A DNA stretch of 61,376 bases from Candidatus Scatocola faecipullorum (GTDB lineage Bacteria > Pseudomonadota > Alphaproteobacteria > RF32 > CAG-239), in NCBI GenBank assembly GCA_018714685.1, contig DVNC01000036.1:1-61376 (forward strand), written 5' to 3'. Under the pieces are notes generated by a model that saw only the letters and a program-made list of their open reading frames with translations, searched no databases and was not told where the DNA came from. The translations under genes and the position numbers were made by a program. Position 1 is the stretch's first letter. Every line of letters begins with the position of its first letter. Shown here in pieces: positions 26,801 to 36,004 of this stretch.

Positions 26801-28600
26801 GAGCGGTTAAATCAGCAGTTGGAAACGGTAAAATCCGAGATGGATGCGGTTGAAAACAGTTATATTGCACAAGTTCAGCAGATTGAGCAGGCCTACAATC
26901 AGAAAGTGACGGAAGCCAAAAAGTATGTTGAAAGCAAGCGCAATGCACGTAAAACCTTGGATTTGATCAGTTATTACAAGGAAAAAATCGGCTCGCCGGT
27001 AGCCGGAGTCAACGGATTAATTCCGCCGTTCAGTCTGTTGAATATTTTACGAACCGCAACCGGCCTGACCGATGATACCAAAAATTATGCCGACCAGTTG
27101 ATTGACGATGCCAAAAAGTCAATGCTTAATCTCGGCGATGCTGTTTATGTCGGCCGTGCCGGCGATAAGATTGCCGAAATTCATAACGGCCTGATGGATA
27201 AGCTGCAGGCGCTTCCGGTGGACGGCCTGAGCGAGTTCTCTTCTGCCGTCGGCGCTTATGCCAAAACGGATGCCGTTATCAAACCGTTGACTTCCATGTT
27301 CCAGAAAGTGTTGGTTGAGCAGGCGTGTGCCAATGACAACTGCCGCAAAGTTGATGAAGAATATTTTGTCGGTTCTTACGCCAAAGACCGTGACTTTATG
27401 ATTCCCAAAAACGCGCCGCAGGAATATCTGCCGCCGCTGCGGGAAATGGTTCATTTCGATGATGTCGATTATGAAAATGTCAGCAAAACGGCTGACGGCG
27501 GCATTACCCGTGAAGGTTTCCTCAACAGCGGGGCCAAAATGCCCGAAATCTGGAAACGCATCTTGAACGGCAAAGCCTTTGTCGATAAAGATGTTGATTT
27601 GAAGGTTTTGCTTTCCGAAGGCGGTGAGGCCGCAACCTTTATGCGCGGCGGCCGTTATCCCTGCAAATTGGATGACCAGATTGTCGATATCGATAACGCC
27701 GACGGACAGTTTAAAATTTATACCAGCAAGGCTCTGCCGAGTAAGGCAACGGCCGAACAGAAGGCTTACCGCCCGTCCGCCATGTCGTTGATGCCGGTTT
27801 GCAATGAAATTACCCTGAAAGGGACGCCGGGTTTGTTGGGCAAGTTTTATGTAACGGTAGAAGACAAAGTTGAAGAAGTAACCGCGCAGGGCAAAGTCGC
27901 AACATTTCAGGATTTTGCCGGCGGAGCGGCGCACAGCGAGTTGGGAACGCTGTTAAAGGCGGCTGACAACGGCGTTTTCTTTAATGATGCGCCTGCCGCC
28001 GTCTTTAACCGTTTGAGCAAAATGGCGGAAGAAGCCAGCCAGGATAATTCGTCCTATACCAAAAATATGCAGGACGAAGTCTATAAAAAAGCCATGCTTG
28101 ATCATAACCAGTTTGGCAATTTCCTGACTTTTGCCGAGCAGGAAATCAGTTATCGCCAGGCCTTGGAAGAATTGAAACTGAGTGTGGACGAAGCCAAAGA
28201 AACGTTGTTCGAACAATTTGAAAAAATCGGCTTTACACCGTCAGCCGACTATAATCTGGCCCGCCAGGCCGATTATGATTTGACCAAAGATACGCTGAAC
28301 CGGCGCAAAAATACGCTGGTCAACGAGGGTGTAGAAGAAATGGAGGCCGTTAATGTCTCTGATAACGAGATTGTTGAAGAACGCCTGGATAAAATTAAGA
28401 ATATCTTTACCGCTTTACGCAAAGATAAAGAAGCCTACATCTCTTTGAGCGATGTAACGGACAGCGGTGCCGAACTGGATGAACGGATTAAAACCGAAGA
28501 AGCCAATCATAAGGTGACCGCCGAATATAAGAAACGGGCCGATGAAGAATTTGAAAAACAGCTTAAATCTTATCCGATACCGTTCTGTGCGGCGTATTGA
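23894..28600 (+). CDS. 1568-aa secreted coiled-coil protein (VirB5-position paralog 4)
   Basis: RBS AGGAGG, signal peptide ending AHA, PTVD motif near the mature N-terminus, extensive coiled coils and paired Cys. Confidence 0.65.
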   Translation: MIKLTKIAALSSSLVIFSGLTAHAFLLPPGPVTPTVDAPTDVTFSLENVGATAQMYAAQAQTYANNMTKAAKSAKKKYMDKFTGFMGGLFKKKEKQAIPGSKTIQESKIADIYDAESVKKALYTLFLAYPVDCEKDADSFAACVAYKEKAEEFYQDTVIEIYTSVRLLEQEMPNLAVQVESLSATFSGGGGDGAESGDDENGARKNAFNAYETMDSILKITQEVTAMKAQYEAALMLREQVKPAPYVSKKERKAKEKAAKEAAKTSSLWRDEPIKTASLGVVSTSETLAFGQLGMITQADFKLKTENEAAAADVEEEDDDEEYVYDPSLYGTVSFEDASEPLIASPFAGNEEKVLELDKIAPLYEKAQDALDVHNLLQALDSYRGIFENYEQYKQLHQKALDAVAAADQCSIQYLKRYYPDPEQVWKGSIADAAINDYDARRGISGWAVKAFEVAKSEESLPIDTDELGTIDINSDIDIDDVNSMETIKADLEKQDMASLANPEQTAAAERATRESQMISFNIGAEAAQLLAQDQYEASPQWGMPNTKFPVWNDQINFYTQYLDGKYENVKDYLHQLDVSSVIVDIAYPLNDLLVDDEEERANNRAGLDKLAGMLKSEEQSSDPASVMKDLESSRDKLLQQAQQSKAAKMQPLESRRKTLETQMERASTLLSDYSEQLNSARQNKLTADTGVEVKESLIVDLEERRGDDEDNMLRKTDIDYNEETYEVSPEKTEKVYSVKRNATTEKKALFDTDKAVADYQDEIKQLKYRAEQQSAAEAEAASRQKLMPVETNSNNDGSVSLYPENGAAALPTVGTGSGQKKTLFRRPFSDNSAYQPVKYSLSQTLYFGAQYPNSGRRQAFTVNANASEPIDFQAEKAKLDRKLDEQTSQMTETTTYEEETVVEEKTTEAETGTYTTGEISETMEVNAEDTEDMALAKVQRAENEEKAAASEKTAASLKTQVEQKQKEIERLNQQLETVKSEMDAVENSYIAQVQQIEQAYNQKVTEAKKYVESKRNARKTLDLISYYKEKIGSPVAGVNGLIPPFSLLNILRTATGLTDDTKNYADQLIDDAKKSMLNLGDAVYVGRAGDKIAEIHNGLMDKLQALPVDGLSEFSSAVGAYAKTDAVIKPLTSMFQKVLVEQACANDNCRKVDEEYFVGSYAKDRDFMIPKNAPQEYLPPLREMVHFDDVDYENVSKTADGGITREGFLNSGAKMPEIWKRILNGKAFVDKDVDLKVLLSEGGEAATFMRGGRYPCKLDDQIVDIDNADGQFKIYTSKALPSKATAEQKAYRPSAMSLMPVCNEITLKGTPGLLGKFYVTVEDKVEEVTAQGKVATFQDFAGGAAHSELGTLLKAADNGVFFNDAPAAVFNRLSKMAEEASQDNSSYTKNMQDEVYKKAMLDHNQFGNFLTFAEQEISYRQALEELKLSVDEAKETLFEQFEKIGFTPSADYNLARQADYDLTKDTLNRRKNTLVNEGVEEMEAVNVSDNEIVEERLDKIKNIFTALRKDKEAYISLSDVTDSGAELDERIKTEEANHKVTAEYKKRADEEFEKQLKSYPIPFCAAY

Positions 28601-28621
28601 GATTAAGCGACGGGGAAACTG

Positions 28622-29380
28622 ATGAGCGATTTGAACAATATGTTGGAAGGGACCAAAATTCTGTCTTTGACGGATGCAAATGGTCGGGCGCATGAGTTCA
28701 TCAGTGAAACCGAACAGGAAAAAGCGGGATTTAAGCTCAAATATTACATGTGGCTGTCGCGCCTGTTTATTCTTTTCGCCATTGTTTCACTGCTGGTTTT
28801 TATGAGTACGTCGCTGGCAATTTTCAAACTGGCGCCGCAGGTGACGGTCGAACCGTTTCTGATTATCAATCAGGATACTTCTGACGGAATTGTCCGCGCT
28901 GAAGCGATAACCAACCGTATGGCCTCCAAAAACCAGTTGATGGAAACATTTGTTCAGCAGTATGTCATCCTGCGCAACACCATCATTAATGATGAACGTG
29001 AAATGCAGACCCGCTGGTATCCCGGCGGAATGTTAAGCTTTCTTTCATCTCCCCGGGTGTATAATGAATTTACTCAGTATCGGGAATCAATCTGGGGGCA
29101 GATTCGCCACGACGGCGTGGTCAGGGAGGTGGAAATTATTTCCATCGGAAAGCTTGGCGGGGAGCGCAGCCCGGTTTGGAAGGTTGACTTTAAAACTTAT
29201 GAGCTGTCTCAAAATGCCGTGGACCAAAAGACCAAAGCGCGAATTTTGAGCGTGCGCTACTGGACCGCATCGGTTACCGCTTTCTTTATCCCCGGCCGTG
29301 AATTTGTCGGCTTGCGCTTAATCAATCCGATCGGTTTTACCGTCGTCCGTTATTCGCAGGCTGAAGTCGAAATTCTCTAG
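28622..29380 (+). CDS. virB8: VirB8 paralog 1
   Basis: One TM, then LAPQVTVEPFL, FVQQYVILR, SSPRVYNEF, and the VirB8 C-terminal signature RLINPIGFTVVRY. Confidence 0.85.
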   Translation: MSDLNNMLEGTKILSLTDANGRAHEFISETEQEKAGFKLKYYMWLSRLFILFAIVSLLVFMSTSLAIFKLAPQVTVEPFLIINQDTSDGIVRAEAITNRMASKNQLMETFVQQYVILRNTIINDEREMQTRWYPGGMLSFLSSPRVYNEFTQYRESIWGQIRHDGVVREVEIISIGKLGGERSPVWKVDFKTYELSQNAVDQKTKARILSVRYWTASVTAFFIPGREFVGLRLINPIGFTVVRYSQAEVEIL

Positions 29381-29494
29381 ACTGTTGATAAGTTGGGGAT
29401 TTCCTCAAGACGATATTAGACTTTTAATTTAAAAGAGTATAATTTCGTAATATCTATACGAGTACTCACGAAACATAGATTAAAAGGATAAGAC

Positions 29495-29683
29495 ATGTCT
29501 AAGAAAATTATCGTGCTCTTCCTGCTGTTGCTGCTCTCGGCCTGCGGTGTTTTCGGCTCTTACTATGAAGCCGAGCCGGTCGGCGTCGGCAAAGGCGTGG
29601 ACGAGCTTAAGCTTTCTCCTTGCGCCTGCATGCAGATTGAATTGCCCAAAACGCTTCCCGACTGGTTTGTTGAAACAATTTAG
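29495..29683 (+). CDS. Small lipoprotein, VirB7-like by size and position
   Basis: 62 aa, lipobox LLSAC, SPCAC motif, RBS AAGGA. Directly upstream of virB8-virB9. Confidence 0.65.
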   Translation: MSKKIIVLFLLLLLSACGVFGSYYEAEPVGVGKGVDELKLSPCACMQIELPKTLPDWFVETI

Positions 29684-29694
29684 GGACTGATGAA

Positions 29695-30426
29695 ATGGAC
29701 AATCGTTTAGGCGGAAACAATACTCAGCAGCGTTTAATCGGCGGCCAAACCGCTCCCCAGTCCGCACCGCGGCGTGAGAGCGGTGACGTTTTTGTTGCCA
29801 ATGTCGGTGAAAAACGTTATCTGTGGACGGCTCGTGCTTTTGCGATTATTACCGCAATCAGCTTGTGCTGCAATGTCGTTTTGCTGCTGGCGATTGCCCA
29901 GGTTATGCCGCTCTTCCGTATTGAGCCGTTTCTCCTTACGTTTCAGTCTAAGTCCGAACAGGTTTACAACATTATGCCGGTGCGCGGCAATCTGACCGAC
30001 GAAAAGGCGATTACCGAAGTTTTTGTGCGCGAATATGTGCTCCAGCGCAGTTCCTTTGATCGTGATATTCCGGAAATGGAAGCCCGCTGGATGCCCGGCG
30101 GCCCCATTCAGGAGATGTCGTCTCCCGCGGTTTATCAGGAATTTCTGAATAAAACCGCCAAGCGGGCGATTGATTTAATTCGGAGCCGGAGCCTGCAGCG
30201 AAATGTCCGTATTCTCACGGTTAACGAGTTGGGGCAGGGACTTTGGCAGGTGGAATATGAAACTCAGGATATGTATCCTGATTCCACGGCGCCGGAAATC
30301 AATTACTGGACGGCTTCGCTCCGTGTCAGCTATCGTCGCAAAAGCGTTAAATACGGCGAGCGTCTGAATAATCCCGTCGGTTTCACGGTTGACCGCTATT
30401 CGTTGACGTTTAATAAAGTTAAGTAG
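29695..30426 (+). CDS. virB8: VirB8 paralog 2
   Basis: One TM, PLFRIEPFL, FVREYVLQR, SSPAVYQEF, RLNNPVGFTVDRY. Confidence 0.87.
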   Translation: MDNRLGGNNTQQRLIGGQTAPQSAPRRESGDVFVANVGEKRYLWTARAFAIITAISLCCNVVLLLAIAQVMPLFRIEPFLLTFQSKSEQVYNIMPVRGNLTDEKAITEVFVREYVLQRSSFDRDIPEMEARWMPGGPIQEMSSPAVYQEFLNKTAKRAIDLIRSRSLQRNVRILTVNELGQGLWQVEYETQDMYPDSTAPEINYWTASLRVSYRRKSVKYGERLNNPVGFTVDRYSLTFNKVK

Positions 30427-30445
30427 GTTTATAAGGTATATAAAA

Positions 30446-32089
30446 ATGATTTTGAGAGTTGGCAAATTATTCTTTATCGGCGCTTTGGCGGTTCTGTTCA
30501 GCCGCGCGGCTTATTCTCAGGCGACAATGGGCAGCCTTGACCAGAATGCCGACCAGAGCCAGGGGCAGTATATGCCGATGAACCTGGGCTATGCCGGTTT
30601 TAACTCTCTGGGAATGACGCAGGCCGCCTGGCTTGATCCTCTGCAAAATCTGGGCGAAGGTCAAAGCAAGCCGGCTTATTCCAAATATTACTGGTCGCCC
30701 GATCTGATTCTGCCGATACGTCTCCGCGAAGGGATGATTACCCTGCTTAATTTTCCGCAGTGGGAACTGATTGAAGATATGTATATCGGTGACAACGCTA
30801 CTTTTGACGGGCAGATTTCCGGCCCGAACACCATTTTGCTCTATCCGCGCAAAGGGGCTAACGTTGGCGTCGATACCAACATTATTATCTTTGGCCGCTC
30901 CGGCAACAAATATGTCTTTTATGTCAGAAGTGAAGGTGTTAATACCGAGCGCCTGACCAACTCGATTATTGATATTGATGTCATTGACGGTCCGGCCGGC
31001 TCCCGCGGCGCCGGAATGGTCGGCGGCAGCGTCGGCGGCGGTTCGGGAATGAACGCGTCTTCTTATAAGGCCGGTAACAGCCATTCGGCGGATTCCCTTT
31101 TTACTAAGCGGTTTCAACGGAGTGACTGGATTAAGGAAATTCCGCTTGACCCGACCAAGTTCCGCTTTGATATAGAGGTCTATGTTCCCAATCCTGACGA
31201 TGTGGTCATTGCTCCGGAACGTGTCTGGCGCGATGATATCTTTACTTATATCGATTTGGGCGAAAAAGCTCTGAATATGACCCAGCGTCCGATAGTAACC
31301 CTGATTGTCGAACGCATTGAAGTTCCGGTCGGCTTCCGCACCAAAGGGCCGAACAACCGTCTGATTATCGTTGAAGGCATCGGCGATATGGTTCTGCGCA
31401 ACGGCAAGCGGATTGTTTGCCTGAAAATGCGCCGCTCGGACGATGCCGGTCTGGAAAATGCAACTTATGCGACCGATTTTGATGATTCTGCCTGGGACGT
31501 TCCTCCCGCAATGCCGGGTCAGCAAGCTCGGAACGGACAGGTCTCCGGCGGCAGCGGCAGTGACAGCGAGTTTAACGGCGGCGGGGCTGCCGGCGGCGGA
31601 ATGCCCGGCCAGTATGATATTCAGGTCGGACAAAGTGAAATTGTCGTGCCTCGTTACGGCAATGGCGGTGGCGGTAATGTAAATGTCAATTACCAAGGCC
31701 CGCAGCCCGATGACGGATTTGATTATTCGAAAATGCAGCATATCCGCAACAATAATAAATATGCCGGCAGCGGAGCTGGAGCGCCCGGCGGCAATTTTGG
31801 TTTCGGTGCGGGGTTTGCCGATACGGACAGCTCCAATATTTCCATCGAACTCGGAACCGATGCCAATGTCGGCAATCTGGAAACGCTTTGGAGCCAGCTG
31901 TCGAAAAAATATCCTGATGTCCTCAGCCGCTATGAACCTTTCTTCTCGGTTGACGCGCCGGCAGACGGGCAGGGAAAAGAACTGTTCCACCTCCGGGTCG
32001 GTCCGGTCAAAAGTTTGGAAGCGGGCGACAATGTATGCAGCCGCCTTGGACGTAACGGTGTATTTTGTAGTGTAGTCAGAACGCAATGA
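30446..32089 (+). CDS. virB9: VirB9/TrbG outer-membrane core protein fused to a C-terminal SPOR-like domain
   Basis: Signal peptide, IRLREGMITLLNFP..E.I....GD, TNIII...KYVF, IAPERVWRDDIFTYI, MVLRNGKRIVC. Gly-rich linker, then IELG...LWSQL..KYPDVL...FHLRVGPV...CSRL...GVFCSVV (31831-32089). Confidence 0.85.
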   Translation: MILRVGKLFFIGALAVLFSRAAYSQATMGSLDQNADQSQGQYMPMNLGYAGFNSLGMTQAAWLDPLQNLGEGQSKPAYSKYYWSPDLILPIRLREGMITLLNFPQWELIEDMYIGDNATFDGQISGPNTILLYPRKGANVGVDTNIIIFGRSGNKYVFYVRSEGVNTERLTNSIIDIDVIDGPAGSRGAGMVGGSVGGGSGMNASSYKAGNSHSADSLFTKRFQRSDWIKEIPLDPTKFRFDIEVYVPNPDDVVIAPERVWRDDIFTYIDLGEKALNMTQRPIVTLIVERIEVPVGFRTKGPNNRLIIVEGIGDMVLRNGKRIVCLKMRRSDDAGLENATYATDFDDSAWDVPPAMPGQQARNGQVSGGSGSDSEFNGGGAAGGGMPGQYDIQVGQSEIVVPRYGNGGGGNVNVNYQGPQPDDGFDYSKMQHIRNNNKYAGSGAGAPGGNFGFGAGFADTDSSNISIELGTDANVGNLETLWSQLSKKYPDVLSRYEPFFSVDAPADGQGKELFHLRVGPVKSLEAGDNVCSRLGRNGVFCSVVRTQ

Positions 32090-35000
32090 GCAAAGAAGTC
32101 TTAACCCATTCCGAAAGTTATGTGAAGAAAACCAACCGCATTATTCTTGTGGTTGGTCTTACTTCGTTTGTAATTTTCGTAATCGGGGTGATGCTTCTGA
32201 TGCAAAGCGGCCCGGTTCAGGAGGATTATACCGAGCCGGTGTTTACGGACAACGATGATGCGTTGAACATTTCCAATGATACCGGTCCGACGGATAATAT
32301 TGAGTTCGGGGTGGTTGATGACGGCGAACCGCCGATAACCACGACGCCGAACCCGGTTCAAATGGGGCAGGTCGTGCTCGGAACCGATGCCAAAAATGTT
32401 TTGACTCTTGGTACCAACGCCAAAGCTGCCGTCAGCATTATTTCCGTTCAGCTGGCCGAACCGCCGTTTGACGGTTTTACTTTTGAAGACGACTGTTCGG
32501 GAAAAACTTTGCGCGGGCATGAAACCTGCGATATTACCATGGGCTGGTCGCCGGTTGTTCCCGGAAACGTTCAAAACAACTTTATCATTGCCTGGCATGA
32601 AGCCAATTTAACCAATGCAAACGCCAAATCGGCAAAAGTTCCGGTTGAAGGCAATGCCATCCGCAAAGAAGATTGTAATTTCTGTGAGCAGACTCTGCCC
32701 GGAAAAACAGATGCGCCGACAGCTCAGGGCACTTTGAAAACGCGTAATGCCATCGGCCCTAACGGCGAAGTTATAGGTACCATTGACGAAGACGGTTATG
32801 TCCGTGATGCCAACGGCAATGTCATCGGCCGCGTCAATTCTGCCGGAATGGTGGTTGATGAAAACGGCAATGTTATCGGTGTCGCCGAAAACCGTCGCCT
32901 GGTTTATGATGAAAACGGCAATGTCATCGGTTATGTCAATCCTGACGGAACAGTGGTTGACAAAGACGGCAATATCATCGGCCGCATGCTTCCCGACGGA
33001 ACGGTGGTGGATCTGAACGGTAATGTTATCGGCCGGGCGGTCGATGCCGGTTTCGTTTACGACAAAAACGGCAATATTATCGGCCGTGTCCAGCCTGACG
33101 GTTCCGTTGTCGATATGAACGGCAATGTTATTGGCCGGTTAAATGAAAAAGGCGAAGTTGTGGATACGGACGGCAACGTCATCGGCCGCGTCAGCAAACA
33201 GGGACGGGTTGCCGTTGATGAAAACGGCAATGTTATCGGCGTGGTTATGCCAGACGGCTCTGTCGTTGATAAAAACGGCAATATCGTCGGCTTTGTCGAT
33301 GAAAACGGCCGGGTTGTCGGCAAAAACATCCTCGGCAATGCCGGCGGACAGGTCAAGCTTGCTTACGACAAAAACGGCAAAGTTATCGGTTATGTTGATG
33401 AAAACGGCAATGTTGTAGATGCTCACGGCAATGTCATCGGCCATGTTGACGGTGCGGGAAATGTTGTTGACGAAAACGGCAACGTCATCGGCAAAGCCGT
33501 TTCTCTGCCCCAGCGCCGTCTCGCGTATGACAAAAACGGCAATATTATGGGCTATATCGACAAAGACGGCAATGTTATTGACCCCGGCGGCAACATTATC
33601 GGCAAAGTCCAACCGGACGGTTCCATTGTTGACGCCAACGGCAACGTTATCGGTCAGGCCGCCACTATTCCCGGCCGCCGTCTGGTCTATGACAAAGACG
33701 GCAATGTTATCGGCTATGTTGACGAAGACGGCAATGTCCGCGATGCCAACGGTAATATTATCGGCCGTGTTCTGCCCGACGGAACGGTGGTTGACAAAGA
33801 CGGCAATGTCATCGGCAAAGTAGCGGATATGAATATCGGAGCCCAGCGCCGTCTGGCTTATGACAAAGACGGCAATGTCATCGGCTACATCGATGAAAAC
33901 GGCAATGTGGTCGATTTTAACGGCAACGTTATCGGCAAGATGCTGGAAGACGGCACATTGGTTGACTTGGACGGCAATGTTATCGGCAAAGCCGGTGAAT
34001 TGGTGAATCTGGTGCTGGATAAAGACGGTAAAGTTATAGGCTATTTGACCGAGGACGGCAAGGTTTATGATTTAAACGGCAATCAAATCGGTTATGTTGA
34101 TGAAAACGGCAATATCGTCAGCACTCAGGATAAAACGCTGGGTGCTTTGGTCCAAACCCGGATGATTCCGATTACGCCGAAAGGAACGGTTTTGGGACGC
34201 CTGAACAGCGACGGAACCGTCGTTCAGGATATGAAAACGGTCGGGCGTGTCCTTTCCAACGGTCTGGTGCGCGATCCCTCGGGATCGGAAGTTATCGCCC
34301 GTTTGGTGCGCGGCGGACTGGTCGTCGGCTATGGCTGTAAAAATATCGGTTATCTGGAAGCTGACGGAAAAATCCGCAAAGGAAATCAGGAAACAAAATT
34401 AAAGCCGATGCCGGACGGTGTCATTCTTGATGCCGAAAACAATTATGTCGGTGAAGTGGTTAAAACCGGACGGGTCTTTGACAATACCTGCACTTATCTC
34501 GGCGATGTCGGAACCGACGGAATTGTCCGCACGCCGGAAGGCGTTTACGTCGGCTGTGTTAATCCGGACGGAACCGTGCTGAACGAGCAGGGCGAAATTA
34601 TCGGCGGCGTGGCTCGCAGCGGCGTGGCGGTCTCTTATGACGGCGAATATTTGGGACAGGTTTCTCCTGACGGTCTGGTTATCGCTTTGTCTCAGCAGCC
34701 GGTCGGCTGTGTCGGCACTTACGGTGATGTCTTCAGCAAAAACGGCAGCTATATCGGCCGCGTTTTGGATAAAACTTATGCCTATGATTTGCACGGCAAT
34801 TTTATGAATGTTGTCGGGCCGAATGGCAAGGTCGCAATCAGCGGCCAGCCTGATGCCCGCCTCTATGCCAATAATCTGGTCGCCAATAACCGCAATGAAA
34901 TTATCGGCGTTTTGATGGATGAAAAGACGACGCTTCTGACGCCGGAAGGAAAGTTCCTCGGCCGCCTGTTTCCTGACGGGCAGGTTTATAATGAAAAGGG

Positions 35001-36003
35001 TGTTGCCGTCGGCAAAATCAACGGCGATTTGGCCAGCTTCTACGGTCGTCAGCTCGGTGCCGTCGTCAAAAAAGGGCTGGTTGCCGATTTTAAGGGCAAT
35101 CCGATTGGTTTGGTAAACCATGACGGGCAGGTTATCAATCGTTTTGGCGAGGTCTTGGGGCATATTGACGCCAAAGGAAGCTTTATTGACGCCAAAGGAG
35201 ACTATCGCGGCGGTGTTGTGTCCAAGGGCAGCGCTATCGGCTATGACGGTTCTTTCCTCGGTTACGCCGTAACCGACGGTGCGGTTATCAGCATGGAAGG
35301 AGCCAAAGTCGGACAGGTAACCTCGGATAACAAGGTGGTTGACTTGAAAAATAAAGTCATCGGCGAAGTCATTCCTGAAAATATCGTAGTTGACATCTGG
35401 GGCAATTATAAAGGGCGCGTCAACTCCTTGGGCGATGTTATCGACCTGAAAGATGAAGTTATTTCCGCTGTTTTGCCCGGAGGCTCGACCGATAAGAACC
35501 TGAGCCTGCTGCACCGCGGTGCGGTAATTGACTTTGGCGGCAACCTGACCGGGGCCGTTATGCCGGACGGAACCGTCATTGATCGTGAAAACGTTGCCGT
35601 CGGCCGAGTTCTCTCCGACGGAAACGTCATCAGCCGGGCCGGCAAACTGATAGGTGAGGTGGTCAACGGCGATATTGTTATTGATAACTCTGATAAAGTT
35701 GTGGGCTATGTTAATTTTGATGGTAAAATCAGAGACCGGGACGGCAGTCTGATCGGGCGTATGCTGTCCGGTGATTTAGCCATTGACAACAATGACAATA
35801 TTATGGGAAAGGTTTACAAAATCGGAGCGACGGTTTTGGGTAATGACGGCAATTACGTCGGCCGTCTGACGGCGGAAGGAACCGTTGTCGATGCCGAAGG
35901 AAAATCCATCGGTTACCTGAAGAACAACGGCTCTTATATTGATTTGGATAAGAAGGTGGCGGGCTATGCGCTTCAGGAAGTCGCAAAGAACCGGAGGAAC
36001 TGA
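32086..36003 (+). CDS. Membrane-anchored protein with an ASH/Ig-like domain and ~1000 aa of DG-x-V-V-D-x-N-G-N-V-I-G (DUF3659-like) repeats
   Basis: N-terminal TM IILVVGLTSFVIFVIGVMLLM, then PNPVQMGQV...TL...C...L...C.I...W.P...G Ig-like domain, then dozens of ~16-aa repeats. Coupled to virB9 (ATGA). Confidence 0.8.
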   Translation: MSKEVLTHSESYVKKTNRIILVVGLTSFVIFVIGVMLLMQSGPVQEDYTEPVFTDNDDALNISNDTGPTDNIEFGVVDDGEPPITTTPNPVQMGQVVLGTDAKNVLTLGTNAKAAVSIISVQLAEPPFDGFTFEDDCSGKTLRGHETCDITMGWSPVVPGNVQNNFIIAWHEANLTNANAKSAKVPVEGNAIRKEDCNFCEQTLPGKTDAPTAQGTLKTRNAIGPNGEVIGTIDEDGYVRDANGNVIGRVNSAGMVVDENGNVIGVAENRRLVYDENGNVIGYVNPDGTVVDKDGNIIGRMLPDGTVVDLNGNVIGRAVDAGFVYDKNGNIIGRVQPDGSVVDMNGNVIGRLNEKGEVVDTDGNVIGRVSKQGRVAVDENGNVIGVVMPDGSVVDKNGNIVGFVDENGRVVGKNILGNAGGQVKLAYDKNGKVIGYVDENGNVVDAHGNVIGHVDGAGNVVDENGNVIGKAVSLPQRRLAYDKNGNIMGYIDKDGNVIDPGGNIIGKVQPDGSIVDANGNVIGQAATIPGRRLVYDKDGNVIGYVDEDGNVRDANGNIIGRVLPDGTVVDKDGNVIGKVADMNIGAQRRLAYDKDGNVIGYIDENGNVVDFNGNVIGKMLEDGTLVDLDGNVIGKAGELVNLVLDKDGKVIGYLTEDGKVYDLNGNQIGYVDENGNIVSTQDKTLGALVQTRMIPITPKGTVLGRLNSDGTVVQDMKTVGRVLSNGLVRDPSGSEVIARLVRGGLVVGYGCKNIGYLEADGKIRKGNQETKLKPMPDGVILDAENNYVGEVVKTGRVFDNTCTYLGDVGTDGIVRTPEGVYVGCVNPDGTVLNEQGEIIGGVARSGVAVSYDGEYLGQVSPDGLVIALSQQPVGCVGTYGDVFSKNGSYIGRVLDKTYAYDLHGNFMNVVGPNGKVAISGQPDARLYANNLVANNRNEIIGVLMDEKTTLLTPEGKFLGRLFPDGQVYNEKGVAVGKINGDLASFYGRQLGAVVKKGLVADFKGNPIGLVNHDGQVINRFGEVLGHIDAKGSFIDAKGDYRGGVVSKGSAIGYDGSFLGYAVTDGAVISMEGAKVGQVTSDNKVVDLKNKVIGEVIPENIVVDIWGNYKGRVNSLGDVIDLKDEVISAVLPGGSTDKNLSLLHRGAVIDFGGNLTGAVMPDGTVIDRENVAVGRVLSDGNVISRAGKLIGEVVNGDIVIDNSDKVVGYVNFDGKIRDRDGSLIGRMLSGDLAIDNNDNIMGKVYKIGATVLGNDGNYVGRLTAEGTVVDAEGKSIGYLKNNGSYIDLDKKVAGYALQEVAKNRRN

Positions 36004-36004
36004 A

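Noticed and set aside
30467-32086. 539-aa ORF antisense to virB9
   Set aside because: It is a shadow of a motif-supported gene, has no recognisable domains, and is explained by codon bias.
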